Shown here: one piece after another, positions 31,303 through 45,932 of the stretch
Layout: each line of letters opens with the position of its first letter
How positions within the stretch are numbered: position 1 is the stretch's first letter
Assembly (NCBI RefSeq): GCF_009914755.1
Contig: NC_060942.1
Direction: 5' to 3' (one strand)
From: the human T2T-CHM13v2.0 reference genome, Homo sapiens
DNA length: 64,000 nucleotides
Made by a program: the position numbers and the translations under genes
Notes under the pieces: model-generated
The model's database searches: none
The model's input: the letters and a program-made list of their open reading frames with translations, nothing else
Told to the model about the DNA's origin: nothing

Positions 31303-31814
31303 TAATTTTAAATTGTTGATTCTTCATAACACTGGGCTAATGTTCTTTTTAGGTTATGTCAGGTTTAGATATACTTCATGTTTAGGTCTTATCCAAGGCA
31401 TTTGGAAGGGTTTTGGTGTCTGGAACTTTGCAATTTAACATTTTAATTGTAATAACTTTTTTTTCACCTCAAAACAATACTTCTTTCTGGTAGAAAAATG
31501 TAAGAAGATAAAATTTTTTAAAAAAATAAAAACCTCTGTCACACCTTCATAACAGAAATGCTATCAACATTTTAACATTTTACGGAATACCATTCTGTTC
31601 TTTTCTAATTTGAGAAAAGCGTACTTAAGAACTCAGGAGTGTACGTTATATATGGCTTCAAATCTATGGATGGGGCACATAACCATGTGTTATTCTTCGA
31701 TCACACAACACTAAAAGGTTGTGTAATTTTTTTTCATACGTACTTTGGTTGTTTAAAAACACTTGCATTATTTTCTTACATTTTCTACCAGAAACGAGTA
31801 TTGTTTTGAAGTTA

Positions 31815-32352
<538 letters not shown>

Positions 32353-32459
32353 TTATCGATAAAACTCTAAATACATCAGAAATCAGAGCTTTTTACATCT
32401 TCCTGAGATATTTTCCCTATACTGTGAAGCAATGACTTCTAAAGTGGTTTTACTCAAGA

Positions 32460-33770
32460 AACTTTTGTTCTTCACTCATCCTTGACCATCTCATTTAGAG
32501 TTCATCACACCCTCCTCCCTATACACAGTAACTTTTTAACCCCTTTCTTTGCCTTGTTTTTCCAGAGCACTTATCACAATTTAACACATTATCTAATTCT
32601 TATTTGCTTATGATCTCTATCTCCTCCCCCGCTAAAGTGCAAGCTCCATAGGGCAGAATTTTTGTTTTCTTCACTGCTGTATTACCAGTGCCTGGAACAG
32701 TAGCTGGCACCTGGAAGTAAGTGCCCAATAAATATCTATTGAAAGGCTACAAAAAGGTCTCGTTTTTTGGTGATCTCTAAACTACTAGAGCAACTCTACC
32801 TCCCAGTTCTTTACTGACAGCTTGCAGCATTCCTTTTCTGCAATTACGATAATGTGCACTCATTTATTTCTCTATCTGGCAGAGCACACTCCTCTTTTCC
32901 TCTCTGGGTCACAGGAGGGCATGGGGCTGCATGGAAGCTTGCTTGAATGTTACCTGTGTAGTATATTATTCTAATCTTTCCAACAACCATATCGGTTGGT
33001 TTTACTCATTATACCAATGAAGACAAGGGGACTCAGGGAAGTTGAATAATTTGCTGGAGGTCACCCGGTTAGTGATAAAATGTTCCTAATAAACTGTGAC
33101 ACACTGCCTCCAACTAACCAGCTGAGTAACTCTGGGCAAGCTATTTAATCTCTCTGATTCTTTTTCCTCGTTTATAAAATTAAGGGGTTCCATCTGATTT
33201 CTGAACCTGACACTTTAGAATTATTTTGTGACTAGTATGACCCATGTATCTCTTAAAGGATTATTAATTGTGTTTTAACACAGGGACTTTTTCCTTTCTA
33301 CTGATACCTCTACTAAACAAAGGAGGAATTTCTGCAGGGCGCTTTTATGCTTAGGACTCTAAAAAACATAGGCAGAAATAACCAGTCATATATTGCTTTC
33401 CACAGTGTCTAATTAAAGAGTTATAGTGTGAAGCTATCATAAAAAAACTGACCAAATATTACCAAAAGGATTGTGACATAAGCTGTGTTTCCAGGCATTA
33501 CATACATGTACATTAAAATTTTTAGCCATTCCTTTATTCTATGAAAATAACACCCAATCATTTCTGTAACACAATGGCAATCATTGAGCACTTAATGTCT
33601 GTTCTCAATGATTTAACCTCCCCAACAATGCTGTGAGGTATGTAATATTATTATTCCCCTTTTACAGATAAAAGAAATCAAGTACAGAGAGTTTTAAGGA
33701 CATTGTCCAAAGTTGTACAAGGTAAGTAGCAGAATCAGGATTTGGACCCAAACTGTGTAATTTCAAAGCA
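32460..33770. mobile_element. L2 3' end and several MIR fragments
   Basis: GCAAGCTCCATAGGGCAG...CAGTGCCTGGAACAGTAGCTGGCAC (L2); ATTATTCCCCTTTTACAGATAAAAGAAA (MIR core). Confidence 0.65.
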
Positions 33771-34099
33771 CACTCAGATGCAACGCAGTATGACCCAGGG
33801 CCTAGAGATTGTGTGTTGGGATAGTATGTATCTCACATTGGAGTATATTCATTCTATGACATAAGAGAAAAACTTATGGCATGTTTTGAAACCCACTTAT
33901 ATAAAATGAGATTGTAATAGAATACATATGTATCATAAAATAGAATAAAATTCTATGTAATTGAATAGACTTCTACAATGGCCATTTTTCTCTTAGACTG
34001 TTCCTTTCTTTTTTACACTTAATTCTAATTGTTTTAACAGTTTTTCCTACATAAATATATGAAATGCATTCTCTTTTTTCATTATATCCAAGCTATATA

Positions 34100-35320
34100 A
34101 ATATGTAAGTCATAGTTACCAAATCATTGTCTTAAGGACTCTGTAATAATATATTTAACTTTTTACTTTAATAAACACGTTATTTTTTGGTGACTCATAA
34201 CATAAATGTGCCAGTCTATAAACTATAGGAAAAGTGTCATTCTGCAGTATTTGAATTAGCTGCTTTTGCTGATAATTAGCCTTTCTCAGGGTTATGTCAA
34301 TTCTCAATTGCTGCACGCCTATAATTTGTGATTCCATTCCTGTTTTTGGCATATCGATTGTCTGTTTTTGATGCATAAATTCGGAATGACCAAATTTAAT
34401 TAACATTCTTTGAGTTAATTTCCCTCTTTGTGTCCTTGGTGAAGACCAGTAATGGTTGGTCAAAGAAAATTTAGGAAGTTATTGTTACCCATGCTCATCT
34501 AAGAATGAAAGCTATCTAGAGAAAACAAAAGCAAGAAAAACAGCATATCTACATAGCATTTACGTATTTGTTAACTACTCATTCAAATTCATTCTATAAA
34601 GGAAGGAGACCTGGCTCCTGTCTTCTATGAGCTTTCAGTCTTAATCCTCAAATACTGTCTTACCTAGTGGCCTAATTATAAAAGCAACTTGGTTGTTTTT
34701 GCTTATCTGTGAGCAAATCATGGTTATGAATCATGGTTATGATTCCAGAGCTCATTCCATTTTCATTCCCTGTAAGAGAAGCCACTTATCAGCAGAAGCA
34801 CCTAATTCAAATGCTGCAGAATGAAATTTTTCCTGGAGTTTATAGGCTGATTATATTAGTCTGTTCTCACACTGCTATGAATAAATACCTGAGACTGGGT
34901 AATTTGTATAGAAAAGAGCTCTAATTGACTCACAGTTCTGAATGGCTGGGGAGGCCTTAGGAAACTTACAATCATGGTGGAAGGCATCTCTTCACAGGGT
35001 GGCAGGAGAGAGAATGAGTGCTGAGTGAAGGGTGAAGCCCCTTATAAAAGCATCAGATCTTGTGATAACTCACTCACTGTTATGGGAACAGCATGGGGGA
35101 AACCACCCCCATGATTCAATTACCTGCACCTTGTCCTGCCCTTGACATGTGGGGATTACTACAATTCAAGGTGAGATTTGGGTGGGGACACAAAACCAAA
35201 CCATATCACTGACAAATTTATAGATGGGTCACTAAATAGTAACTTGTGTATTAAAGTGAAAAGTTAAATATATTATTACTGCTTCCTTAAAACATGTCTA
35301 CAACTATGGCTATAGATTTC
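34100..35320. repeat. Inverted repeat: left arm ~34100-34291, right arm ~34767-34851 plus 35209-35320
   Basis: The reverse complement of the left arm aligns to the right arm once the THE1 is removed (about 85% over about 133 nt by manual alignment). Confidence 0.9.
34852..35208 (-). mobile_element. THE1 (C/D-like) solo LTR
   Basis: TATATTAGTCTGTTCTCAC...AAACCATATCA; TSD CTGAT/CTGAC. Confidence 0.9.
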
Positions 35321-36115
35321 TCAGTTGTTTGTTTTTTGTGGTGGAGTGCAAACTCTTGATGTAGATTTGCCATAAGTCTAGATGCATGGAATTCACACAA
35401 ATTAAATGTGTTTATTATTATAAATATGCACAAATCCAAGTAGCAAAATTCTTTAAAATATCTTTCAATCAGCTGGCCATTTAATGTATTCAAGGAATTG
35501 TTATTTTGGAAATACGTATATAATATACCTGGTTGATCCTTTCTATGCCTGAATCTTGCTAAATCCCACTTTATTCATTATTATCTGACTATTTTTTCAA
35601 AGGATATTTTATTTATACACATTTATATGAGCAAAATGCATTACAAGTTGAAATTATTTTTTTAGTTGGTTTAATTACTGTCACTTGTGTTATGGAGTTT
35701 TGATATAGTTTCCACTTTGACAAGTCAAATTTGACAAAAGCAAATATTGGCACAGACTGTCGGGTCAAAAATGAACTCCTAATGTGACAACTAAAGTGAA
35801 CTGCTACAAAACCTGGCTGTCAAAAACAAGTTATGGCTTTGTAATGTAAATACAGCTTTAAAAGTACAAGTTTCTCAGGCACCCATCTGTCAAAAGACAG
35901 GCTATGCTATGTCCTGAGGTGCTTTGATGAGTTTGCTCACTCTTAAGGGTAGGGGCCAGGAGAACTGGGCTCCATGCCTCAAAAAGAAGAGGGCTGATAT
36001 ACAGTTGACTCCAGGTTTTATTGCTTTATGTTTTCCATGTTTCTTATGGTGGTAATCTATTATTCTTATACTGATAAAAGCTCCTGTAAATGGAAATGAT
36101 AGAATTCTATTCTAA

Positions 36116-36470
<355 letters not shown>

Positions 36471-37819
36471 ACTTCTTACAAAATTTTTAAAGGAAATAAC
36501 TAATTTTTTCCTGGCTCCTTTCAGGTAAAAAGATAACTTCAGCACCATCTTTGGTACGGTATTGAACGAGGTAGTGGGGATTACTGTCTGCAAAATAGAT
36601 GTATGTGGCTTACCACCATGGGCTGTTTCAGGAAAGCTTTGGAAAAAGTGATTAACAAAATAGGCAGAAAGGATAAATTGCCAACATTTATGACATAGCA
36701 TAGAGCATACGATATGTAATTAGGGAATCAGCTTTTATAAAACTCACATTTTAAAATCTAAGAAAATGACACTAACTACACAAGTTTCCCAATTTGCTTC
36801 TGTCAACTGAACATCTATTACGTATTAAGCACAAATGTAGATAGTTAACATATGTCCATTAACTAAATTACACAAATGCAAAAAGGATTGCCAAGGGAGA
36901 GGATAATCAGCCCAGGAGCAAGCATTCATTAAAGAGATTTCTAAGGAAGAGCAATGTTTTTGAAAATAACAGGAGCCAGGATGAATTGCATGTCACACCA
37001 GTTCTCAGTAATGTTTGGGGAGGAGTCCAGAGTTTTTCCATGAACTTTAATCCATGAAAACAAGCACATTAACTACTCTCCCGCCTTCTATTTAGGGCAC
37101 CATTTTTAAAAGTTGACAACCTCCTGCAGGGATGTTCTGAAAGACAGAGACATCTTGTCGGAATTATGAATGTCCTTGGTGGATGAGGCAGAAAGAGTTG
37201 ACTGTGTAGGACATTCCTGACAAGTCCTCAGGATTTGAAATGGTAACCATCTTTTTCGGCAAGTTGTTTTTTGTGTTTTTTTTGGATGAGAGGAGATATT
37301 TTAAAAGTTCAGTAGAGACTGAACTTTTAAACTCAGTTACCTATAGTTGCGTGGATAAGGGTGTGCATCCAGTTGAGCTCATAGTATGTGTTCAATACAT
37401 ATTTATTTCATCTAATCCTTCCCCCCATTACTGCTGATAGCTTCTGAGTTAAGGATGAATTGTTGACTCCAATGCTGTTAGAAGGGGCATGTAGCGCAAC
37501 CCAGTCACACACTTCCCTTACTCTATTGTGTGCAGCCTCTCCTTTTGCTTCCACCATGAGCTATTTTCCTGCCCAAACTGAATTTATATACATATACATA
37601 GATACAGATAGCTATATAGCCACAATATATGCGCATGTGCATGTGTGTGTGTTTGTGTGTATGTATACATTTGTACTTGGCATGTGTATCTGCCATCTTC
37701 CTATCCTTCTGAAAATTGTTGCCCCGCTTTACCCCAACTGATATAGTTACTATCCATTGAGACATAAGAAGAGTAGGAAAATGTGAATGCTTACAAGTGT
37801 TATCTCCCAGGGGTGTATC

Positions 37820-38700
37820 TATCTGAATTTTTAATAACTGTCTTGAATGTGTAATGGGTATTACAACCTAACCTAACATAGCCAAAAATAATTCCTGCCT
37901 CTTCACGCCGGCTCATGCAGCCCACTCTCTAAACATTACCTTGTTCTTCTGGAGTTTTCCATCTTAGTAAATGGTCTCATTAACCATCCAGTTGCTTACT
38001 TAAGCTCCAAACCTAGGAATTTTCTCTCTTCTTTACTTTCTTATATCCAATCCATCACCAAGCTCTTTCGGTCTTATCCCCAAAATATTTTCCAGATCCA
38101 TCCCACTTCTCCCCACTTCCACTGCTGTTATAGTCCAAGTCACCCGTGTCTTTTGCCGAAATCACTGCCGGAGCTTTATAACTGGTATCCCTGTTTTGAC
38201 TTTCTTCACTTAGAATAAAATTGATTTTACAAGGCTCATAGATTGTACATCTTCTGGTTCCTGATTTTGTCTCAGCCCAATTTCCGACCACCATTCTCTT
38301 CATTCACTGGACTTTACTGACCTTTTTGTTTCTTGAACATGTGAAATCTGTTTTCTCTATCAGAGTTTAACATTTGCTGCTTCCTTTCCCTAAACTCTCT
38401 GCTCCTTGAAATTATCTCAAGCTGACTGGAGCTCGTTTCAAATATCACCTCCTTGGTGATACCCATCAATTTTCCCCTCTCTTATTCACACAATCATTTT
38501 ATCAGCTTTCTGTTTTATTTCTTTATTGACACTTAGCACTACGTACAATTGTGTTGCTCATGCGTTAATTTGTTTGCTTGTTTACTGCCTCTTTTATCCT
38601 ACTAGTATGTGGACTCCATGAGAGCATAGGTTTACCTGTCTTGTTCATCACATGTACCCAGCACATCAAATAATGCCTGGCACATAGAAGAGTTGAACTA
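37820..38700 (+). mobile_element. L2 fragment (end of ORF2 and 3' end)
   Basis: CCATCCAGTTGCT...TCCAATCCATCACCAAG...GGACTCCATGAGAGCA...TGCCTGGCACATAG. Confidence 0.75.
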
Positions 38701-38744
38701 AAGAAGAGAAACAATAATTGTATTAGCATACTTTCCTCAAATTT

Positions 38745-39061
38745 ATTTATTAATTTGTTTTTTTTTTTTTTTTTTTTTTTTTTGAGACAGAGTCTTGTTC
38801 TGTCACCCAGGCTGGAATGCAGTGGCAGGATCTTGGCTCACTGCAACCTCCACTTCCCGGTTCAAGCGATTCTCCTGCCTCAGCCTCCCAAGGAGCTGGG
38901 ATTACAGGCATGCACCACCACACCCAGATAATTTTTGTATTTTAGTAGGGACAGGGTTTCACCATGTTGGCCAGGCTGGTCTCAATCTGCTGACCTCGTG
39001 ATCTGCCCATCTCAGCCTCCCAAGGTGCTGGGATTACAGGTGTGAGCCACCACGCCCGGCC
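38745..39061 (-). mobile_element. Alu (AluS-type)
   Basis: TSD CTTTCCTCAAATTT. Confidence 0.95.
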
Positions 39062-42000
39062 CTTTCCTCAAATTTCTGAAGCTGAAACTAAGAAAGATAA
39101 TCTATTTCATTCTCTAGAGGTTGAATCCTAGATATAAAACTCAAGAGCTATTGGTGCCTGTTTTCTGTGACTGGGCCAAAGCCATGAGAATAATGAAGCC
39201 AGCAGACCTTAAAAGCAGAGCTGAGAGCAAAAGATAGTTTTGATGATATTTAATTCTCCTTTTAGTTGTTTGAGACCCAGGTATATTCCTTCTCTTCCCA
39301 TAGTATGCTTGTACAATTTATGCATGAGATATACCGACATACTTCCAATAATTCCTCTTTTTCCTTTCTTGCTTAAGTTGGTTTGAAATTGGTTTCTGAG
39401 ATTTACAATTAAAGTATTCCAAACTATCCTGTCACGGCTTGTTTCTATTGCCTTTTCTGCGACTCTCTATTATGAAATGCAAAACTCTGGCCATTATACA
39501 CTTCTTTCATCTCTCTGCCTATCTCTCCAGCTCTTTCTACCTCTATCTCTATCTCTACCTCCGTCTCCATCCTTGGACCTTTACACATGTGTTTTTATAC
39601 GCTTGGACTATTCTTTCTGATTTTTCTTTAAAAAAAGTTCTGACAGCCCAAGCCTAGGGTTTGTACTCCTTCTATGATCTACCATAGCATCATATATTTA
39701 TTCCCAGTGTAGCATGAGCGACCAGTCTTGCATCTCCCTATTTGTTTCTTTCACTGTTGTATTTTTTCTTACTTACAACAGCATTCTTGGTGTCTAATAC
39801 AATGCCTGATAGATAAACAGATGGCAACTGAATAAATGGACGAATGAACAAATAGAGTTGTTTTGTTTAGGACCAAAGCAGAACTAAGAGGCAACAGAGC
39901 AGGATCTGAGTGCTAATAATGTGCTCCACATCAGACTTTTTCCTTCTGATGCTGCTCTAAAGTATGGAACTGATTTTTTTTCAGATTGAGGCTGTTTGCT
40001 TTGGGCTTAGGCAAGATTTATACCTATATTTTCCAGTACTTGTTTTTCTAAGGGCTCTTTTATTTTTTGCTCATGTTCCCCGTTTTCACTTACAGGGCCT
40101 TATTTTTTCAGAGCTATTTTCCTCTAGTATAAGATTCTGAAATTTCTACCTATTAGTGCCATTTGGTTTGTCACTTTGTCAAATATTGGCAGCATGCCAA
40201 GCTACTAGGCATCCTGTTTAAAATATTTTCTTGTGGAAAATAAAAATAAATTCATATCATCATTATCATTTTCTATTTAGTATATTCCATGGGCTATCCT
40301 TTTAAAAATCCTTTCAAAAATCAGAATTGCTATACTAATCTCTGATATTCCTATTTTGCATAGTTTTTAGTGCTTAAGGAAACAAAGAAAATATCAAAGT
40401 TTCTTCAAGTTTATTTTATATTTGAAAAAATAGCATGTCCAAATTTATGTGATGTTCAGTCACCCCCAGGGGAAGAGAATGTTTCCATTGACCATGACTG
40501 TGACCCATTATTGTACTCTTGCTCTGCAGAGTCTCAAGGAGTCTCACTCAGTGTTCTGATGGGCTTGGTGCAATGATTATTTTTCCTTTTTACACTCCAT
40601 GGATCTTATCACTGCAATTACACTAAATGATTGCACTTTGCTTGTTTTTCTGGTAGTTTCTCCATTAAAGTTGTGCCATTAACAAATGAATTTGCAACAT
40701 TACATGAACACTGTCAAATATTCTTCATATAAATGGATTCTTGACAGAAACACAGAAGGAGCAAAGAGGAAAACCTTACACAGGGAGGAATTTCAAAGAC
40801 AACATCTCTAAATTGAAATGAGTTGTCAGATACTGATGATTTCATATAACACCCTATCATACGATAATCTGTGATGGAGAGGATGGACAGTGAGCCTGAA
40901 ATATTGAACTCTTATTCTCAACGTGTTGGTGGATGACGTAAGGAGTAAAGATTCTCCCCAGAAATAAAGCAGTTATAAAGACATGGAATCTGCTTACTCC
41001 TTTTTCTTTAGTTTTGGCCTTAGAAAAAATGAGGAGTGGTGACTTTATTTGTTTTAATTTTCTCGAATATTCCTGAAGCCATGTTGGTGGTCAGATTTGG
41101 ACCACTTTTTCTAGCACTCAGATTCTGAAGGCAGAGTCAATAATTTTAAAAACAGATGGAAGCCATTGAGTGTAACCAAATATCTTCATGGTTTAGAAAT
41201 GAGTTCTAGAAAATCTAAGTCAAAACTAATCTCAAAAGTGATCAATGGAAGGCCTGCACTCTTTCAAAGTAGAACTAATCTATTAATGTGCAAGGCAGAG
41301 AGTATCACTGAATGGGATCAGCATTGGAGATTACAGATATTAATCAGGTGCTATTTTAATTGCGGTCTCCAATTACAAACAGGTTGTGCATCGAAACTTC
41401 ATTAGGGAAACAAATATTTGTAAGAAAGAATGCTTTTGTTTTCTATCAAAAGAACATTTCAGATGGTAAGTCATTACCAAATTGCTCAGAAAAAGTTGTA
41501 TAATGTATCTGAAGAATGATACCAATGAGATGTCCAAATATTAGATTCTGGTTGCAGGAGGATTTTAAGTGGGGAGAGAATAGAAGGAATGTATTTGCTC
41601 TCCCTTTCTAGTCTCAAAAGTCAAAAATAGTGTAATTTCCCATAGCTGCCCTGTAACTCCATTCTGCCTACCTCCCTGTTTCTGTGGGCAACTCTCCTCT
41701 ACCCTTCAGGCATAAATACTGATACTGATACCCTGCTGTTCTGGGCACATTAAGCTTCCCCCTCATGCACTCAAAACTCTTATTTATTCAATAAAGGTAC
41801 ACATTAGAGAAGAAAGCATTCTGATTAAATTAATTCACAATAAGGTATGAATGATTTAAAGCAAACACGCACTTCAGACAGACAAAACTCATTGAAACTA
41901 CAATTTGTCTGGAACTGTGTTAGGCTTACTAGTTCTATTATCTCACATCTCTACAAAAAACTGTTTTATGGAGAACATCGGAGCTCAAATTCTTTAAAGA

Positions 42001-42677
42001 CTTTGCTCTAAGAATATAGTTAGTAAATTACAGAGCCATGATTTAAGATATCAAAAATATTCTCAAAATTTTTTTGAGGTACTCTTGGTGCCAATTAACT
42101 AATGCAGTTTCAGGTTCAGCCATTGGGAAAAGGGAGGTGCTGGTAAAAATGTCACACATTATGAGGAGAAATAAGTTAAAATAGGTGGTTTTGACGAGGT
42201 ATCTAGTCTCCTAGACCAACTTCCTCAAGTTAAACTAGTTTTGTGTATTTTCTTTCCCACTCTATCATCCTCCATTTTCTACGTACAACCATACCTTATA
42301 ATGCATTAATCTAAAAGTTTCAAATTGTTTACAGATCTAACTTATTTATTTGCTTTTTCATTCAAATTATCAGGAATTCTGGAAGGAGTATGGGTCACCC
42401 TTTCATATTTTCAAGTCTTGTTGGCTGTTGATGGGGTTTTTATTTTTCATGGATGAGGGTTTGGAAATTCTTGTAGCCAGCAGGGATAGGAAGACACTAA
42501 CTGAACATTGTGATGTCTGATAGCAGTAACTCTGAGGTGTGCGTGGTAAACTGGGAGGAGGGGGGAAAGAGGAGGAGGAAGGACATTGAGAAACCTCCAG
42601 CCAAGTAGAAATTGGCTGTTTAAAAATTATTTTTTACCTGAAATTAAGCCTTTCCCTCCACTATTGTGATTATATAT

Positions 42678-43034
42678 TGTATTTGTCTGTTTTCACACTG
42701 CTGATAAAGATGTACCCAAGACTGGGTAATTTATACAGCAAAAGAGGTTTAATGGACTCACAGTTCCACATGGCTGGGGAGACCTCACAATTGTGGTGAA
42801 AGGTGAAAGGCATGTCTTACATTGGTGGCAGGCAAGAGAGAGAATTTGTTCAGGGAAACTCCCCCTTATAAAACCAGATCTTGTGAGACTTATTCACTCT
42901 CACAAGAACAGCATGGGAAAGACCCAACCCCATGATTCAATTATCTCCCACTGGGTCCCTCCCATGACCTATGGGAATTGTGGGAGCTACAATTAAAGAT
43001 GAGGTTTGGGTGGAGACACAGCCAAACCATATTA
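42678..43034 (-). mobile_element. THE1B-like solo LTR
   Basis: TGTATTTGTCTGTTTTCACACTGCTGATAAAG...CAGCCAAACCATATTA; TSD TATAT. Confidence 0.9.
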
Positions 43035-44069
43035 TATATATTACATTAGTGTTTGGTCTCATAGGCCTGTACAGTGGCCCATGGAAAAAGTACCTGTTAT
43101 CTAGCAAGAAAATATGGAAAAATCTGGAAAATTGCTACTCCAAAAAAAAAAAAAACACCTTACTCAAAACAAATTGGTCTTAGAATTGGGGAAAACCTGT
43201 ACTGACCTGGATTTTCTGCTCTATAATACCTCACCAATTATATTTCATCTAATGCTAAAAATAGTTACCACATCATAAATTAGTTAAAAAGATCCAAAAC
43301 ACTGCCACCAATAACAAAATATCCTTCTACTTGAAGAAATTATATCTCTTGGTGGCTTTTCAATCAAAATGCAAAGCTACCCCCAAAGTAGTATGATAAT
43401 ATTTACTAGCCTGTCTTTGCTTTAAATGTACAATAAGACACACATTCTCACTAAAGCAAAAGTGTGTTACAATACTCTTTAGCTAAAATAACTATATTCA
43501 TCAACATCAAAACACCTAAATAGCCTAGAGATAATCTCATAGAACTTATGTTTTCAAGTTTACAATTCACTTGACTCTCATTCAATTGCCAGAGGATTTA
43601 TGCACAATGCGTATTGTTTTCAAGTTCTTATTTACATAATTAAGTAAAAGAGATTGTAATATCAGATGTTGACACAATTTACGATCATTTATTTATTTTT
43701 ATTTTCCATGATAAGAGTCATTTGAGAGCAATTTCACATATTATCCTCCCCCTATTCCTCAAAATAGAAGCTAATACTGAATGTCATACTCCCTTTCCTC
43801 ACTTGAGAACCAGAGAGCATATGAGCTCTTACAGGAATTGAGAAATACTCTCTTGCCTGAGGACATATCATTTGATACTAAGAAATGGAGCTCTCAAAAT
43901 TTAATGAATGTCTCCAACACTAAACTTGTGTGAACTGAGTCATAAAATGGAAAGCAACAGTCTTTTACACACTGTGGAGATCCTCTGGCAAGAACAGGAG
44001 CAGTCCCTCTAAGAGAAGGACTATAAATATTATCTTTAGTATCTTTCAACTGAAAAGAGATGCTAGTGT

Positions 44070-44285
44070 ATCCAGTACCACAGACTGGATTCCAGTGGTG
44101 GCTCTGCAATTTTTGGGTGAAACCTTAGACACCTCTCACTTCTTAGAGGCTCTTTCCTCATTTGTAAAACAGGATAAATCTGGATTAATAACATCCACCT
44201 CTTACCCAGAGGATTAAATGAGATCAAGTAAGAAAAAATCTTAGTTAAATGCTTGAGTATAATAGGCATTAAATAAGTGCTTGTT
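44070..44285 (+). mobile_element. MIR
   Basis: TTTCCTCATTTGTAAAACAGG...GAGGATTAAATGAGAT. Confidence 0.75.
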
Positions 44286-44287
44286 TT

Positions 44288-45595
44288 TGTCCTGGGAAGC
44301 AGAGCCTAAGATGAAGACTCTTGGTCAAGAGGTTCATGGTTAAGTACTTTTAGGAGGAGAGAGGGATGTAGGAGCGTGGGCAGAGGAAATAAGCTCATAG
44401 AGTTTTGCCTGGAAACTAGCTTCAGTTTGATTTCCTGGGGAAGCTCTGCAGCTCAAATTGCATTAGCATCAGTCCCATTTAAAGGGAGGCAGGAGTGTGC
44501 AGGAGTGTCCTCTCCAGCATGGGAGGTCTCATTTTTGGCAGAGGTCAATTCTCAAGAGAAGGTTGCAGCTTTGAGTTGCTATCATACAAAACTAGTAACA
44601 TGGGAGTGGGTGGGCATTGGGTGGGGAGAGGGGATGTGCACCTGTTAGTAAGCTGGTCTTGATTTGACACCAACAGTGCCCACTAGAGTCTATCCTTGGC
44701 ATTATTCAGATCCATTTGCTTCTCACTCCAAGTTCATCCGCCCAGGTGCAGCTTCTCCAGTATTTTGATTGGTCACACATTTTGGGAAAACTTAAAAGAG
44801 AAGAGGGTTACTCAGACAAACTGAAACCCTTGCTGATGCATTGTTCCTGAGGTTGTAACTCAGTAGTTTTCAATCAGGGAAGATTTTGTCCCCCAAAGGA
44901 TATTTGGCAACGTCTGGAGAAATTTTTGTGTGCCATATCTGGAGGTTGCTATGGGCATTATGTCCTGCAATGCACAGAACAGCCCCCACAGCAATAATTA
45001 TTCAGTGTAAAGGTCAATATTGCTGAAATTGGGAAACCCTGCAGTAACTGATATGCATCATTTCACTGCTTCTTCACCAATTCTAGATTCTCCTCCCCTC
45101 AGTGAGCACATTTGCTGGTTTAGGTGGATTGTCTGGTGGGTTGACTCATATCATCATCTCTGAGGAACATAAGCCCAGTTTAGCATGATTTATCAGCTTA
45201 TGGTTTCTGTGCATACCCACTTAGTTAAAACTGGATGTGGGAGTACCAGGAGCTATTCCAGTTGATCACTTGAGTGCAAAACAGATCCTCAACCTGCCAC
45301 CAAGAGGCCAAGTGGTATCCTTGAGGGACGGGATGGTTTGGAGGCTCAACCTTGGTCTCTGTTGCTGGCAGGGCAGACATTCAGCTGTGACAGTAGCTAG
45401 ATTAGCCTGAGTGAGAGTTAGGACTTACTGTAGAGCCCATATTTGGTGCTATGGATTGCTGCTGAGCACATTTGACCTTATTACTTGATGGCCATCAGAG
45501 TGACTTCTGACCACATGGTAACCTGCTGTCCGATGGGCCAAAGCTCTGTTTCTATCATAGCCTAGTAGCATTTCAGGAGCTGGTTGGTTTTTTGT
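44288..45595 (-). mobile_element. LTR16-like LTR plus degenerate ERVL/HERV16 pol remnant
   Basis: CCTGGGAAGCAGAGCCTAAGATG is the reverse complement of an LTR16-type end; TGTTGCTGGCAGGGCAGACATTCAGC is an integrase zinc-finger-like segment on the minus strand. Confidence 0.55.
44862..45040 (+). mobile_element. MER20 (hAT-Charlie)
   Basis: CAGTAGTTTTCAATCAGGG...TTTGGCAACGTCTGGAGA...GGGAAACCCTG; flanked by GTAACT repeats. Confidence 0.8.
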
Positions 45596-45633
45596 TTGTT
45601 CGTTTTTTCAACAGTTTATTAAGATATAACTTA

Positions 45634-45932
<299 letters not shown>

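Noticed and set aside
41322-41373. ATTGGAGA...TCTCCAAT hairpin
   Set aside because: Only 8 Watson-Crick pairs plus wobble pairs; expected by chance in 64 kb.
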